Shown here piece after piece: positions 17,605 through 27,821 of a stretch of DNA of 64,000 nucleotides. A model generated the notes under the pieces. The model did no database searches and was not told the DNA's origin. It saw only the letters and a list, made by a program, of their open reading frames with translations. A program made the position numbers and the translations under genes. Source of the DNA: Candidatus Gallimonas merdae (lineage in GTDB: Bacteria > Bacillota > Clostridia > Christensenellales > Borkfalkiaceae); NCBI GenBank assembly GCA_904419525.1, contig CAJFRT010000007.1, positions 3,250-67,249 on the forward strand, given 5' to 3'. Each line of letters starts with the position of its first letter. The stretch's first letter is position 1.

Positions 17605-18446
17605 CGCTTATCGACGGGAAGAAAACAGCGGCAGAGATCCGCGCGGAGCTCAGAGAGGAGACCATGCGCTTTGAAGCCCGGTATGGAAAGAAAGTCGGGC
17701 TTGCGGTCGTTCTTGTGGGGGAAGATCCCGCCTCGCAGGTATATGTGCGCAACAAGATCCGGGGCTGTGAAGAGGCCGGGATCCGTTCGTTTGCTCATTT
17801 CCTTCCGGCCGATGCTTCGCAGAAAGCCGTGGAGGAATTGGTCTGTTCTCTCGCCGCCGATGACGCGGTCCACGGGATTTTAGTGCAGCTTCCGCTTCCT
17901 GCGCATCTCGATGCCAAGCGTATCCTCGCCTGTATTCCGGCGGATAAAGATGTGGACGGCTTCTCTGCGGAGAATCTCGGAAGGCTTGCCTTACAGGAAG
18001 AAGGGACGGTTGCCTGTACGCCGCTCGGCGTGATGGAACTGCTTCGGCGGAGCGGGATCGGGATTTGCGGAAAGCGCGCCGTCGTGATCGGAAGAAGCAA
18101 TATCGTCGGGCGGCCCATGGCGCTTTTGCTGCTCAATGCCGATGCGACCGTCACGGTCTGCCATTCCAAAACGCCGGATCTCGCGCAGATCTGCGCGCAG
18201 GCAGACATTCTGGTTGCCGCGATCGGCAGGCCCCGTTTTGTCACGGCAGATATGGTGAAGGAGGGGGCGGTCGTGATCGATGTCGGGATCAACCGCGTGG
18301 ACGGGAAACTGGTCGGCGATGTGGATTTCGAGCATGTCGCTCCGAAGACGTCGTTCATTACGCCCGTACCGGGCGGGGTCGGGCCCATGACGATTGCAAT
18401 GCTGCTGAAAAATACGCTCGTATGTGCGGAGAGGGCAATGCGATGA
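17601..18446 (+). CDS. folD: Bifunctional methylenetetrahydrofolate dehydrogenase/cyclohydrolase
   Basis: LIDGKKTAAEIRAEL, VLVGEDPASQVYVRNK and GRSNIVGRPMALLL motifs. Confidence 0.93.
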   Translation: MTLIDGKKTAAEIRAELREETMRFEARYGKKVGLAVVLVGEDPASQVYVRNKIRGCEEAGIRSFAHFLPADASQKAVEELVCSLAADDAVHGILVQLPLPAHLDAKRILACIPADKDVDGFSAENLGRLALQEEGTVACTPLGVMELLRRSGIGICGKRAVVIGRSNIVGRPMALLLLNADATVTVCHSKTPDLAQICAQADILVAAIGRPRFVTADMVKEGAVVIDVGINRVDGKLVGDVDFEHVAPKTSFITPVPGGVGPMTIAMLLKNTLVCAERAMR

Positions 18447-19315
18447 ATTTTCGTGCGCAGTATGAAATCTACCGCTCGCATTTTGAACAATATCTTCAGA
18501 ATATGTGTGTGGGTATGAGTTTTAAGCCAGACGTTCTCACGGAGAGCATGAGCTATTCTCTTCTTGCCGGAGGGAAGCGCGTGCGCCCCGTGCTCTTTTT
18601 TTCTGCTTTGGAAGCATTCGGAAGATCTTTTTGCGGCGAAGAACCGCTTGCCTTTGCGCTTGAGTGTATCCACACGTATTCCCTGATCCATGACGATCTT
18701 CCCGCTATGGACAACGATGATTTCCGCAGAGGGCGCCCGTCCAATCATAAGGCGTTCGGCGAGGCCAATGCCATTCTTGCGGGGGATGCGCTCCTTTCCT
18801 ATGCATTCGATATCATGTTGTCCGAATGCAGCCGCGGGACGGAGTATCTTCGGGCTGCGCAGGTGCTTTCCCGTGCGGCCGGAGCGGCGGGAATGGTCTC
18901 GGGGCAGTCGCTCGATCTGCTTTGCACGGGCGGAACGGGCGGAGAAGGGGAGCTCCGTGAAATTTATCGGAACAAGACGGGGAGACTGATTGCGGCGCCT
19001 GTGGTCATGGCGGCCGTTCTGGCGGGCGGAGACGTGCGTCGGGCGGAGGAATTCGGCCTGGCGCTCGGCGACCTGTTCCAGCTGACGGACGACATCCTCG
19101 ACGCGGTCGGAAGCCGGGAAGCGCTCGGGAAATCGGTCGGGAAAGATGTGCAGGAGGACAAGCTGACGGCGGTCAAGGTCTACGGTCTTACGGGCGCGCG
19201 GGAGCAGTCGGAGGCGTGCGCGGACAGATGTCTTGATATCCTGCATACTATGGCGGGGACGGACACCGCATTTTTGTCGGAGTTCGTCGGCTATGTATCC
19301 CGTCGGGACAGATAG
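18443..19315 (+). CDS. ispA: Polyprenyl (farnesyl/geranylgeranyl) diphosphate synthase
   Basis: GGKRVRP, the first DDxxD box LIHDDLPAMDNDDFRRGRP, and the second box FQLTDDILD. ATGA overlap with folD. Confidence 0.9.
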   Translation: MNFRAQYEIYRSHFEQYLQNMCVGMSFKPDVLTESMSYSLLAGGKRVRPVLFFSALEAFGRSFCGEEPLAFALECIHTYSLIHDDLPAMDNDDFRRGRPSNHKAFGEANAILAGDALLSYAFDIMLSECSRGTEYLRAAQVLSRAAGAAGMVSGQSLDLLCTGGTGGEGELREIYRNKTGRLIAAPVVMAAVLAGGDVRRAEEFGLALGDLFQLTDDILDAVGSREALGKSVGKDVQEDKLTAVKVYGLTGAREQSEACADRCLDILHTMAGTDTAFLSEFVGYVSRRDR

Positions 19316-19324
19316 AGGCTTTGC

Positions 19325-21034
19325 ATGGAAGATTTGGTACGCGGGGAGCTGAAAGAGGCTTCCCTTTCCCAACTCAAAGAGATCTGCGAAAGACTGCGCG
19401 GGGAAATATTCCGCACGGTCTCTGTGCGGGGCGGCCACCTTGCGTCCAATCTCGGCGTGGTGGAACTGACCGTTGCGCTTTACCGTACATTCAATTTCCC
19501 GACGGATAAGATCGTGTTCGACGTCGGGCATCAGTGTTATGCGCACAAACTGCTTTCCGGCCGTGCGCAGAAATTTTCCACGCTGCGCAGCCGCGGCGGG
19601 ATCTCCGGATTTCCGAAGCGCAGTGAGAGTCCCTTTGACTGCTATGAAACGGGGCATGCCGGCACGGCTGTTTCTGCCGCGCTCGGCATTGCGAAGGCGC
19701 GTGATCTGCAGGGGGAGTCGTTTGATGTGATCGCGCTGGTGGGCGACGGCTCCTTCAATAACGGCCTCATTTATGAAGCGCTCAACAGCCTGAAAATCCT
19801 GTCCACGCGCGTCCTCATCGTGCTGAACGACAACGGAATGTCGATTTCTCCCACGGTCGGGGGGACGCATGAAGTGCTTTCCGAAATCAAAGGGGGGCGC
19901 GCTCCGTCGGAAGATATTGCGCTGTTTGAGCGTTACGGATTGCGCTATATGGGCGTATATAACGGAAATGATCTGGAAGAACTGCTTCCCGCGCTTGAAG
20001 AGACCAAGGAAGCTTTGCGCGCGCAGAGCGTTCTGCTCCACGTGACAACGCGCAAAGGCCAGGGTTATGCTTTCTGCGAACGGGAACCGGAGCGCACACA
20101 CGGATTTTCTCCGAACGGGGCAGGAACGGAATATTCCGCGGCCCTTGGGGAAGAGCTCACTGCTATGGCGGGTGAAGATCCGCGTATCGTTGCGGTAACT
20201 GCGGCGATGACGGACGCCCTGGGGCTGAGGCCGTTTTTTCAGGCGTTTCCGGAGCGGGCGTTTGATGTCGGGATCTGCGAGGAGCACGCCTGCGTTCTGT
20301 CTGCGGCCCTTGCGGCCGGCGGCATGCGGCCGTACTATGCCATTTACTCGACGTTTTTGCAGCGTGCCTATGATGAGATCATTCACGATATCTGCGGACA
20401 GGGGCTTCCTGTGACGCTTTGTATCGATCGCGCCGGCGTGACCGGTGCGGACGGGGAGACGCATCAGGGCGTGTTCGATCTCTCATATCTTGCGCCGATT
20501 CCCAATCTCACGATCGCGGTACCGAAAAATATTGCGGAATTTCGCGCCATGCTCCGCATGAGCGCGTCGTATGGAAAGCCGCTTGCAATTCGTTACCCGC
20601 GTGAGGGAAAAGAAGGGGCTTCCAATGCCATCGAAATCGGGAAATTTGAAATTTTGCATAGTAGTACGTCAGACATAATCGTGTATGCTGCCGGGGAGCG
20701 CTGCATTGCTCTTGCGGAGCGTATTCTTGCTTTGGCCCAAAAAGAGGGAATGGATTTTACAGTCGTGAACGCAAGGTTCGTCAAACCCGTGGACAGTCAG
20801 ATGATTCTTTCCAGACGGGAAAAACAGGTGATCACATTGGAAGATAATGTCCTGACGGGCGGGCTCGGCGATGCGATCGCGCGGGTTCTGCGTGGTACGG
20901 AAAAAAATCTGCGCGCGTTCGGATATCCCGACATCTTTATTCCCCACGGCTCTGCGGCCGAACTTGCAGAGGAGTTCGGGCTCAACTCCGAAGAAATTCT
21001 GCGGTACATCAGGGAATGCCATGCGCGCGGATAG
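19325..21034 (+). CDS. dxs: 1-deoxy-D-xylulose-5-phosphate synthase
   Basis: GGHLASNLGVVELTVAL...DVGHQCYAHKLLSGR signature. 569 aa, somewhat shorter than the ~620 aa I expect for Dxs. Confidence 0.9.
   Translation: MEDLVRGELKEASLSQLKEICERLRGEIFRTVSVRGGHLASNLGVVELTVALYRTFNFPTDKIVFDVGHQCYAHKLLSGRAQKFSTLRSRGGISGFPKRSESPFDCYETGHAGTAVSAALGIAKARDLQGESFDVIALVGDGSFNNGLIYEALNSLKILSTRVLIVLNDNGMSISPTVGGTHEVLSEIKGGRAPSEDIALFERYGLRYMGVYNGNDLEELLPALEETKEALRAQSVLLHVTTRKGQGYAFCEREPERTHGFSPNGAGTEYSAALGEELTAMAGEDPRIVAVTAAMTDALGLRPFFQAFPERAFDVGICEEHACVLSAALAAGGMRPYYAIYSTFLQRAYDEIIHDICGQGLPVTLCIDRAGVTGADGETHQGVFDLSYLAPIPNLTIAVPKNIAEFRAMLRMSASYGKPLAIRYPREGKEGASNAIEIGKFEILHSSTSDIIVYAAGERCIALAERILALAQKEGMDFTVVNARFVKPVDSQMILSRREKQVITLEDNVLTGGLGDAIARVLRGTEKNLRAFGYPDIFIPHGSAAELAEEFGLNSEEILRYIRECHARG
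20657..20685. repeat. AT-rich palindrome family, copy 3 (CATAGTAGTACGTC-A-GACATAATCGTGTA), inside dxs
   Basis: In frame with dxs and translated as HSSTSDIIV. Matches the reverse complement of the 62237 copy at 23 of 24 nt. Confidence 0.85.
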
Positions 21035-21800
21035 CTATTTTGCGTCCAGGTATGGTTCAAGGACGCGTGCAAAAGACATTCTCAAGCGCGGGCTTGTTCT
21101 GCGTGCGGGAAAACCGCTTTCTCCTTCCGATGAAGTGCATGAAGGGGACTGTTTTCAGTTTCTCAGCGGCAAAGACGGCTATGTCTCCAGGGGCGGTTAT
21201 AAATTGGAACGCGGGCTGGACACATTCGGCGAGACTGTGGCGGGAGATGTTTTTGCGGATCTGGGTGCAAGTACGGGCGGGTTTACCGAAGTTCTGCTTG
21301 AAAGAGGTGCCGCCCGTGTCTATGCCGTAGACGTCGGCGAAGCGCAGCTTGCTCCGGTTCTTGCCGAAGATCCCCGCGTGAGAGTGATGGATCATACGAA
21401 TGCGCGGTATCTGACGGCGGACAGCTTTCCGGAATCGCTTGACGGCATTGTCTCCGATCTGAGTTTTATCTCTCTCAGGCTCGTTCTTCCTGCGGTGGCA
21501 GGGCTTCTCGGCGCGGGGAAACGGGCGTTTGTGCTCTTCAAACCGCAGTTTGAATGCGGCGGAACGGGCCTCGGGAAGGGCGGGATTTTGCCGGTAAAGT
21601 ATCACCGCGCATTGCTTTCGGATTTTTATGATTTTTGTCTGACGCTTTCGCTGGCGCCCCGCGCGATCGTCAATGCGCCCATAGCGCCCCGTAAGAATAT
21701 CGAATATGTTGTGTTTTTGCAGAAGAATGCTTCGCCGCTCGGACGGGACGACTTCCTGAATGCGGCAAAATTTTCTGTGGAAAATGACGGCCGGATTTAG
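21021..21800 (+). CDS. tlyA: TlyA-family rRNA 2'-O-methyltransferase (S4 + FtsJ domains)
   Basis: S4-like N-terminus MRADSYFASRYGSRTRAKDIL and SAM motif DLGASTGGFTEVLL. Overlaps the dxs stop. Confidence 0.85.
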   Translation: MRADSYFASRYGSRTRAKDILKRGLVLRAGKPLSPSDEVHEGDCFQFLSGKDGYVSRGGYKLERGLDTFGETVAGDVFADLGASTGGFTEVLLERGAARVYAVDVGEAQLAPVLAEDPRVRVMDHTNARYLTADSFPESLDGIVSDLSFISLRLVLPAVAGLLGAGKRAFVLFKPQFECGGTGLGKGGILPVKYHRALLSDFYDFCLTLSLAPRAIVNAPIAPRKNIEYVVFLQKNASPLGRDDFLNAAKFSVENDGRI

Positions 21801-21808
21801 AAAAGTAC

Positions 21809-21837
21809 TTGCATATATACAGCTTTTATTGTATAAT
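21809..21837 (+). promoter_or_regulatory. Sigma-70-type promoter abutting the nadK start
   Basis: TTGCAT, 17 nt spacer, TATAAT. The ATG lies 8 nt after the -10 and has no SD. Confidence 0.65.
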
Positions 21838-21845
21838 GGTGTCGC

Positions 21846-22634
21846 ATGAAAATCGGTATCTTTTACAATCGCGATCAGGCGGATCTTTCCGTCGCGGAGG
21901 ATCTGGCAGCGCAGATCGGAGCTGCCGGACATGAGGCCGTGATCTTCTCGGAACTTGAGGAAATCGGGGGAGTGGACAGGCTTCTGGCTCTCGGGGGAGA
22001 CGGTACGATGCTTCGCGCGGCCAAGCATGCCTCCGCTCTTAAAATTCCGCTCCTCGGGATCAATTTCGGCCGCCTTGGATTTCTGACCGAGTTTGAGCGC
22101 GAAGAATGTTCCTTGGCTGTTCCGCTTGTGCTCGATGAAAATTGTGCGCGGATCGAGCGTTCCATGCTGGAAGCGGAGCTGAACGGCAAGACTTTCGACT
22201 GCCTCAATGAACTCGCCCTGCTGCATCCGGTTGCTCCCGGAAAAGAAAACAAGGTCGTGACGATATCCGTTACGATAGACGGAAGCCACGCGGGTGAATT
22301 TGTCGCGGACGGGTTGATCGTGACGACGCCGACCGGGTCTACGGCCTATTCGCTTTCGGCGGGCGGGAGTATCATGACCCCCGATTGCGCGACGTTCCAG
22401 CTGACGCCTGTCTGTGCATTTTCCATGCGAAGCCGTCCGATCGCCTATTCGGACAGGAGCGAACTTGGTTTCTCCTTGCCGCAGGGGGCGCTCGTTCTCT
22501 ACGGAGACGGTGTATATCTGGGGGAGGCAGGTGCGCAGGACAAGCTGATTGTCCGGAAGTCGGCGCGTACCGCAACCTTTTTGACGCGGGGACTGAGCGA
22601 GTATTTCCGCCGTCTCACGCAAAAGATCAATTGA
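21846..22634 (+). CDS. nadK: NAD kinase
   Basis: GGDGTMLRA and TPTGSTAYSLSAGG motifs. Confidence 0.92.
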   Translation: MKIGIFYNRDQADLSVAEDLAAQIGAAGHEAVIFSELEEIGGVDRLLALGGDGTMLRAAKHASALKIPLLGINFGRLGFLTEFEREECSLAVPLVLDENCARIERSMLEAELNGKTFDCLNELALLHPVAPGKENKVVTISVTIDGSHAGEFVADGLIVTTPTGSTAYSLSAGGSIMTPDCATFQLTPVCAFSMRSRPIAYSDRSELGFSLPQGALVLYGDGVYLGEAGAQDKLIVRKSARTATFLTRGLSEYFRRLTQKIN

Positions 22635-22647
22635 TAGGAGTTTGAAA

Positions 22648-23103
22648 ATGTCAAGAAATCTTCGGCATGAAGCCATTCTCGCGCTGATTGCGGAAAAAGA
22701 GATCGAAACGCAGGAAGAACTCTGCGAAGAACTTGCGGCGCGCGGTTTTTCCGTCACGCAGGCAACGGTCTCGCGCGATATCAAGGATCTGCGCCTGTTC
22801 AAAGAGCGCGGGAAAGAGAAGAGATTCCGCTACGTCGGCGCGAAGGAGACGGAGGGCGAGCTTCCCAATAAGATGCGCTCGCTCTTTCGTACCTGCGCGG
22901 TCAAAATCAGGGCGGTGGGTAATTTTGTCGTTGTAAAGACGCTTCCGGGAAGCGGGGCGAATGCCGGCGTCGTGATCGATGAACTTGCCTATCGCGAGGT
23001 CGCCGGTTCGATTGCCGGGGACGATACGGTCCTGCTCATCTGTGAGACGGCAGAGGACGGAAAAGCGGTTGCGGACAAGCTCTCTGCGATCGTAAAGGGC
23101 TGA
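22648..23103 (+). CDS. argR: Arginine repressor
   Basis: MSRNLRHEAILALI...ATVSRDIKDLRL winged-helix region and GDDTVLLI C-terminal motif. RBS TAGGAG. Confidence 0.9.
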   Translation: MSRNLRHEAILALIAEKEIETQEELCEELAARGFSVTQATVSRDIKDLRLFKERGKEKRFRYVGAKETEGELPNKMRSLFRTCAVKIRAVGNFVVVKTLPGSGANAGVVIDELAYREVAGSIAGDDTVLLICETAEDGKAVADKLSAIVKG

Positions 23104-23104
23104 T

Positions 23105-24802
23105 ATGCTGCAAAGACTTGTTATTCAGAATGTCGCGCTCATCGGGCAGGCGGAACTGGAATTTTCCGATGGGCTGAATGTCCTGTCGGGGGAGACGGGC
23201 GCAGGAAAGTCCGTCATTCTCGACGCGATCGATTTCGTGCTCGGTGCAAAAGCGGACAGGAGTCTGATCCGTTCGGGCGAACAATTCTGCTCCGTGCGCG
23301 CTGAATTTTTGAGCGCCGATCCCCGCATTGCCGGGCTGCTTGAAGAATTTGATATCGAGGCGGAGGAAACCCTGGTCCTTTCCAGGAAATTTACGGCGGA
23401 CGGCAAGAGCTCCTTCCGGCTGAACGGCTGTGCGGTGACTGCCGCCATGGTCCGGCGGCTGACTTCGATCCTGGTGGACGTTCACGGACAGAGCGAGCAC
23501 TTTTTCCTGCTCAAAGAGAGCAATCAACTGCGTCTTTTGGACGATGTGGCCGGTGATGCGGTTGCAGAAATCAAAAAAACGCTCGCCGGTCAGCTTTCCG
23601 AGCGTCGTTCCATTCTTTCCGATCGTGAAAAGCTTGGCGGGGATGAGGGAGAGCGCGAGCGCAGGCTGGATATTCTCAAATTCCAGATCGATGAAATTTC
23701 CGCAGCGGAACTCAGGGAGGGGGAGGAGGAAGAACTCACCGCGTTCCGTGAGAAATTCCGCAATGCGGAAAAAATTCTCGATGCCCTCGGTGCCGTCAGG
23801 CAGTTTCTGAGCGAGGACGGCGGGAGCGCGGATACGCTCCGCGGGGCGGGCAGAAGCCTGTCTGCGATCGTGCGGTTGGACGAACGGTATTCCGCGCTTG
23901 CGGACCGACTCGAAAATGCGGCCGCGGAGGCGGAGGACATCGCTGACACGGCAGAAAGCCTTCTTGAAGAACTGGATATAGACGAGCGGGAAGCGGAGCG
24001 TGTGGAAGCGCGGCTCGACGAATTGCGCGCCCTCAAAAAGAAATACGGCGGCTCGGTTGCGGAAGCGCTCGCTTTTTTGGGGCGGGCGCAGGCGGAATAC
24101 GAGATGCTTTCGGACAGTGCGGCGCGTTTCGAGCAGCTGGGCGAGCGCCTGAAAAAGCTCGATGATGAAATTTACGGGACCTGTCTGAAGCTGACAAAGG
24201 CGCGCAAGGAGGCGGCGCAGGGCTTTACGAAACGCGTTGCCGATGAATTGCGGACGCTCAATATCCCTTCTCCCCGATTTGAAATTGCTTTCGGGGAATA
24301 TACACGGGACGACGTTCCGCATGCGACGTCCGAGGGGTTGGGAAGCGTTACGTTTTTATTCTCGGCCAATGCGGGCGAACCGCTGAAGGAACTCGGCAAG
24401 ATCATCAGCGGCGGCGAAATGAGCCGGTTTATGCTTGCGATCAAAACGCAGCTTTCCGCGGTCAATGCGATAGGGACTTATATTTTTGACGAGATCGACG
24501 CGGGCATCGGCGGAAAGACGGCGCGCGTCGTCGGGGAGAAGTTCTGCAGGATCGCGAAGAATGTACAGATCATAGCGGTTTCGCATCTCGCGCAGATCGC
24601 TGCCTTTGCCGACCGTGAATTTTACATTGAAAAACGGGAAACGGACGGCAGGACGTTCTCCTGTATCCGTACGGTGGAGGGCGCGGACAGGGTTTCGGAG
24701 ATCGCGCGTCTCATCGGCGGGGATACGGAGAGTGAGACGGCGCGCCGTCATGCAGACGAGCTGCTTGCCAATGCTGCCGCTTACAAAAAGTCCCTTTCAT
24801 AA
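23105..24802 (+). CDS. recN: DNA repair protein RecN
   Basis: GETGAGKSVILDAI Walker A, long coiled-coil, and SGGEMSR signature near the C-terminus. Confidence 0.93.
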   Translation: MLQRLVIQNVALIGQAELEFSDGLNVLSGETGAGKSVILDAIDFVLGAKADRSLIRSGEQFCSVRAEFLSADPRIAGLLEEFDIEAEETLVLSRKFTADGKSSFRLNGCAVTAAMVRRLTSILVDVHGQSEHFFLLKESNQLRLLDDVAGDAVAEIKKTLAGQLSERRSILSDREKLGGDEGERERRLDILKFQIDEISAAELREGEEEELTAFREKFRNAEKILDALGAVRQFLSEDGGSADTLRGAGRSLSAIVRLDERYSALADRLENAAAEAEDIADTAESLLEELDIDEREAERVEARLDELRALKKKYGGSVAEALAFLGRAQAEYEMLSDSAARFEQLGERLKKLDDEIYGTCLKLTKARKEAAQGFTKRVADELRTLNIPSPRFEIAFGEYTRDDVPHATSEGLGSVTFLFSANAGEPLKELGKIISGGEMSRFMLAIKTQLSAVNAIGTYIFDEIDAGIGGKTARVVGEKFCRIAKNVQIIAVSHLAQIAAFADREFYIEKRETDGRTFSCIRTVEGADRVSEIARLIGGDTESETARRHADELLANAAAYKKSLS

Positions 24803-24874
24803 CCTTTTTCAAAAATCGCATAGAAGATATTCGGCTTACGCAAATTAACTTCTGTATATGACACGGAGGTTGGA

Positions 24875-25885
24875 ATGCGTAAGCTGAAATTTTTTATCGC
24901 CGGCGCACTTCTTGCAATTTGCGTAGCGGCCGGAAGCGGAGGGCAACTGTCTGCTTCGGCGGCAGGAACGCAGTATTATCTGGGGGGCATGACTGCAGGC
25001 TTTTCTCTGTCGGCAAACGGCGTGGAGATCGTCGCGTTCAAAGAGGTCTCTTCGGAATCGGGCGGGGGATGCCCTGCGGCTCAGGCGGGGATGAAGACGG
25101 GGGATCTCATTGTTGCCGTGGACGGGATCCATACGCGCACGATCGGCGAATTGGGGGACGCTCTTGCCCGCAGCGGCGGGAAAGAGACGCAGTTTCTCGT
25201 CAAGAGAAACGGAGAGAGTATGGAGATGTCGCTTGTTCCGCTGAAAGACAGAAAAGACGGAAAATATAAGATCGGGATCCTCATTCGCGATACGCTCTCC
25301 GGGATCGGAACGGTGACCTATATCGAAAAGGAAAGCGGAAGATTCGGTTCCCTCGGCCATGCCGTCTGTGATGAGAGCCATGCTTCACTTGCGCTTGCGG
25401 AGGCAACGGTCTATCGCTGCAGCGTTGTCGGGGTCAGCCGCGGCGAGCGCGGAAGGGCGGGCGAATTGAAGGGGCTTCTTCTGAATGATTCGCCCATAGC
25501 CGACGCGGATAAGGTCTGCGAGACGGGGCTTTACGGAAAATTCTCGGACGGGTACGACTTTTCATCGGCCAAAACGGTCGAAGCGGCGCCGATTTCGCAG
25601 GCAACCATCGGGAAGGCGGTCATCTATTCGACTGTGGACGGGATCGAACCCCGCGAATATGAGATCGCGATCGCCAAGGTGGACGCGGGGAATAAGAACA
25701 ATAAAAATTTCGTGATCAAGGTGACGGACGAGGAGCTCCTTCGCGAGACGGGCGGAATCGTGCAGGGAATGAGCGGCAGCCCGATCGTGCAGAACGGGAA
25801 ACTCATCGGTGCAGTCACGCACGTTTTTCTGAATGATCCTACGCGCGGGTACGGGATCGGGATCGAAAAGATGCTCGGAAACTGA
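24875..25885 (+). CDS. spoIVB: SpoIVB peptidase (S55, PDZ domain)
   Basis: Signal/TM start, PDZ region, GIGTVTYIEKESGRFGSLGHAV, and the catalytic-Ser context GMSGSPIVQNGKLIGAVTHVF. Confidence 0.9.
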   Translation: MRKLKFFIAGALLAICVAAGSGGQLSASAAGTQYYLGGMTAGFSLSANGVEIVAFKEVSSESGGGCPAAQAGMKTGDLIVAVDGIHTRTIGELGDALARSGGKETQFLVKRNGESMEMSLVPLKDRKDGKYKIGILIRDTLSGIGTVTYIEKESGRFGSLGHAVCDESHASLALAEATVYRCSVVGVSRGERGRAGELKGLLLNDSPIADADKVCETGLYGKFSDGYDFSSAKTVEAAPISQATIGKAVIYSTVDGIEPREYEIAIAKVDAGNKNNKNFVIKVTDEELLRETGGIVQGMSGSPIVQNGKLIGAVTHVFLNDPTRGYGIGIEKMLGN

Positions 25886-25908
25886 CAAATTCCGTCATGA
25901 AACGCAAA

Positions 25909-25940
25909 ACGGGGCGCATATCATACGGTATGCGCCCCGT
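25909..25940 (+). terminator. Probable terminator hairpin after spoIVB
   Basis: ACGGGGCGCATA-8 nt loop-TATGCGCCCCGT, a 12 bp perfect stem. The downstream tract GTTGATTGT is only moderately U-rich. Confidence 0.5.
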
Positions 25941-25962
25941 TGATTGTCTGCAGGAGACGTTT

Positions 25963-26523
25963 ATGCGTGCGTGGGAACGGAAACGGACTCTGATCGCGTT
26001 TGCCGCTCTCTTTGTCGTGTGTTTCATTGTCGGCATGTCTCTCGGCGGTTCCGCTTCCGCCTATCATCTCAGGCTGTGTACGCGCTATCTGCGCGATGTC
26101 TGTTATACGGACCGGAATATATTTGTGGTTTTTCTTGAACGGGCGGCCGGCTGTTGTCTGCTGGCGGCCTTTCTGCTGTTTTCCGGGGTCCATCCGGCAT
26201 GTCTTGTTCTGCCTCCGCTGTTGATTGCCTACCGTGCCTATACTTTCGGGGGTTGTATCGTCGTCTTTTTCTCCGTCTATCGCTTTGCGGGCGCGCTGAT
26301 CGTCTTTACGGTATATCTGCCCATTCATCTGTTTGTCGATGCCGTCCTTTTATGGGCAACGGCGCTCTCTTGCGGACGAGCGCCCTGTTTTTGCTTTTGC
26401 AGATCGGATTTCTTTGCGATTTTGCGTGATCTCGCCGTGCTTGCCGCCGTGATGCTTGTCATCTGTCTGACGGAGATGATCCTTTTGCTCGTAATTGTGC
26501 ATCCGGTCGGAAATCTGATGTGA
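25963..26523 (+). CDS. Hypothetical polytopic membrane protein
   Basis: About 5 hydrophobic segments. Start moved to MRAWERK because the upstream part of the ORF overlaps the terminator hairpin. SpoIIM-like topology is only a guess. Confidence 0.5.
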   Translation: MRAWERKRTLIAFAALFVVCFIVGMSLGGSASAYHLRLCTRYLRDVCYTDRNIFVVFLERAAGCCLLAAFLLFSGVHPACLVLPPLLIAYRAYTFGGCIVVFFSVYRFAGALIVFTVYLPIHLFVDAVLLWATALSCGRAPCFCFCRSDFFAILRDLAVLAAVMLVICLTEMILLLVIVHPVGNLM

Positions 26524-26560
26524 TGTAAATAATTTTGAGGCAGACGCGCAAACTGCAGGT

Positions 26561-27721
26561 ATGAAAAAAGTTTGGATCTGTGCTGCCGCAGCCCTTGCGC
26601 TGGGGGCGGCAGTCATGACGGGAACGGCGGGAATAAGCGCATCGGCGGAAGAAGTGGTTACGGACTGCAAGGCCGCATATCTTATGGACGATGCGAGCGG
26701 AGTACAGATGTATGCAAAGAATGAAACGGAGCGGCTTCCGATTGCAAGCATGTGCAAGATCATGACGCTTTTGTTGGCGCTGGAATCGGAGGAGGCGGGG
26801 GAACTGTCCTTTGATGAGGAAATTTCCGTCTCGGAACGGGCCGCGGGAATGGGGGGATCGCAGGTGTTTTTGGGGGCCGGTCTTTCCTACCGCGCCGATG
26901 AGCTTCTGAAGAGCATTGCCGTCTGTTCGGCAAACGATTCCTGTGTTGCGATCGCAGAGCGGCTTTGCGGCAGTGAGGGGGCTTTCTGCGAAAGGATGAA
27001 TGCCCGTGCAAAGGAGCTTGGGGCGGAAAATACGCTCTTTGCGAACTGTACGGGGCTCCCCAAAGAACCGCAGTATTCCTGTGCGCATGACGTTGCGCTC
27101 ATGTTGCGCGAACTGATCCGCCATGAAAAATATCATGAGTATTCAAGGATATGGCTGGAGGATTTTGCGCATCCGGACGGAAGGACGACGCAGATGACGA
27201 ATACAAACAAGCTGATCAGGCAGTATGACGGCTGCGACGGCGGAAAAACAGGGTTTACAAACGAGGCGGGCTTCTGCCTTGCGGCTTCCGCAAAACGCGG
27301 GGAAATGCGCGTCATTTCCGTCGTCATTGGTTCTGGGGATTCGAAAGCGCGGTTTGCGGCCACAACTTCGCTCCTTGATTATGCTTTCGACAACTTTGAA
27401 AGCAAGACCTACCTTGCTTCCGGAGTGGCAATGGACGAGATCGCTGTCCGGGGAAGCGAAAGAAAATCGGTTTCTGTGATGCCCAAAGAATCGCTGAGCG
27501 TGCTTCGCCGCCGCGGTGTGGAAGAAGATTATTCGGTCGTATATGAGCTGGACGAGGAAATTTGTGCTCCACTTGCGGCCGGTGAGATCGTGGGCCAGGC
27601 GATCCTGCTTCGGGACGGCGTTGAAATTGCGCGTACCGATCTTCTTTCCTGCGATGATGCGCCGCGGTTTTCCTGGTGGGAGGCCTACCGAGAGAATGCA
27701 CGACACTGGAACAAAGCATAA
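26561..27721 (+). CDS. D-alanyl-D-alanine carboxypeptidase (S11, PBP5-like)
   Basis: Signal peptide, then SMCK (SxxK), SAND (SxN) and KTGFT (KTG) motifs. Confidence 0.88.
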   Translation: MKKVWICAAAALALGAAVMTGTAGISASAEEVVTDCKAAYLMDDASGVQMYAKNETERLPIASMCKIMTLLLALESEEAGELSFDEEISVSERAAGMGGSQVFLGAGLSYRADELLKSIAVCSANDSCVAIAERLCGSEGAFCERMNARAKELGAENTLFANCTGLPKEPQYSCAHDVALMLRELIRHEKYHEYSRIWLEDFAHPDGRTTQMTNTNKLIRQYDGCDGGKTGFTNEAGFCLAASAKRGEMRVISVVIGSGDSKARFAATTSLLDYAFDNFESKTYLASGVAMDEIAVRGSERKSVSVMPKESLSVLRRRGVEEDYSVVYELDEEICAPLAAGEIVGQAILLRDGVEIARTDLLSCDDAPRFSWWEAYRENARHWNKA

Positions 27722-27734
27722 AAAATACAATTTT

Positions 27735-27763
27735 GCAAAGTAATATGTATGACATAGTATATG
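27735..27763. repeat. AT-rich palindrome family, copy 4 (CAAAGTAATATGTA-T-GACATAGTATATGC)
   Basis: Starts 14 nt after the carboxypeptidase stop, 29 nt upstream of the lysA -35 box. Confidence 0.8.
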
Positions 27764-27791
27764 CTTTTCGCATTGCTGTGTCATTTTTTTA

Positions 27792-27821
27792 TTGACCGAA
27801 CCTGAAATGATATGGTATAAT
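27792..27821 (+). promoter_or_regulatory. Sigma-70-type promoter abutting the lysA start
   Basis: TTGACC, 18 nt spacer, TATAAT. The ATG lies 6 nt after the -10 and has no SD. Confidence 0.65.

Noticed and set aside
25897-25962. Upstream start (25897) of the membrane protein ORF, and upstream starts of other ORF-track entries (416, 7816, 9234, 9559, 13032, 15234, 15827, 16164, 18065, 20871, 22642, 29283, 33033, 33509, 40569, 42782, 45332, 47087, 48240, 49438, 62242).
   Set aside because: The upstream extensions overlap terminator hairpins, promoters or the preceding gene. They lack RBSs and have non-homologous N-termini. The internal starts I used have RBSs or match known N-termini.
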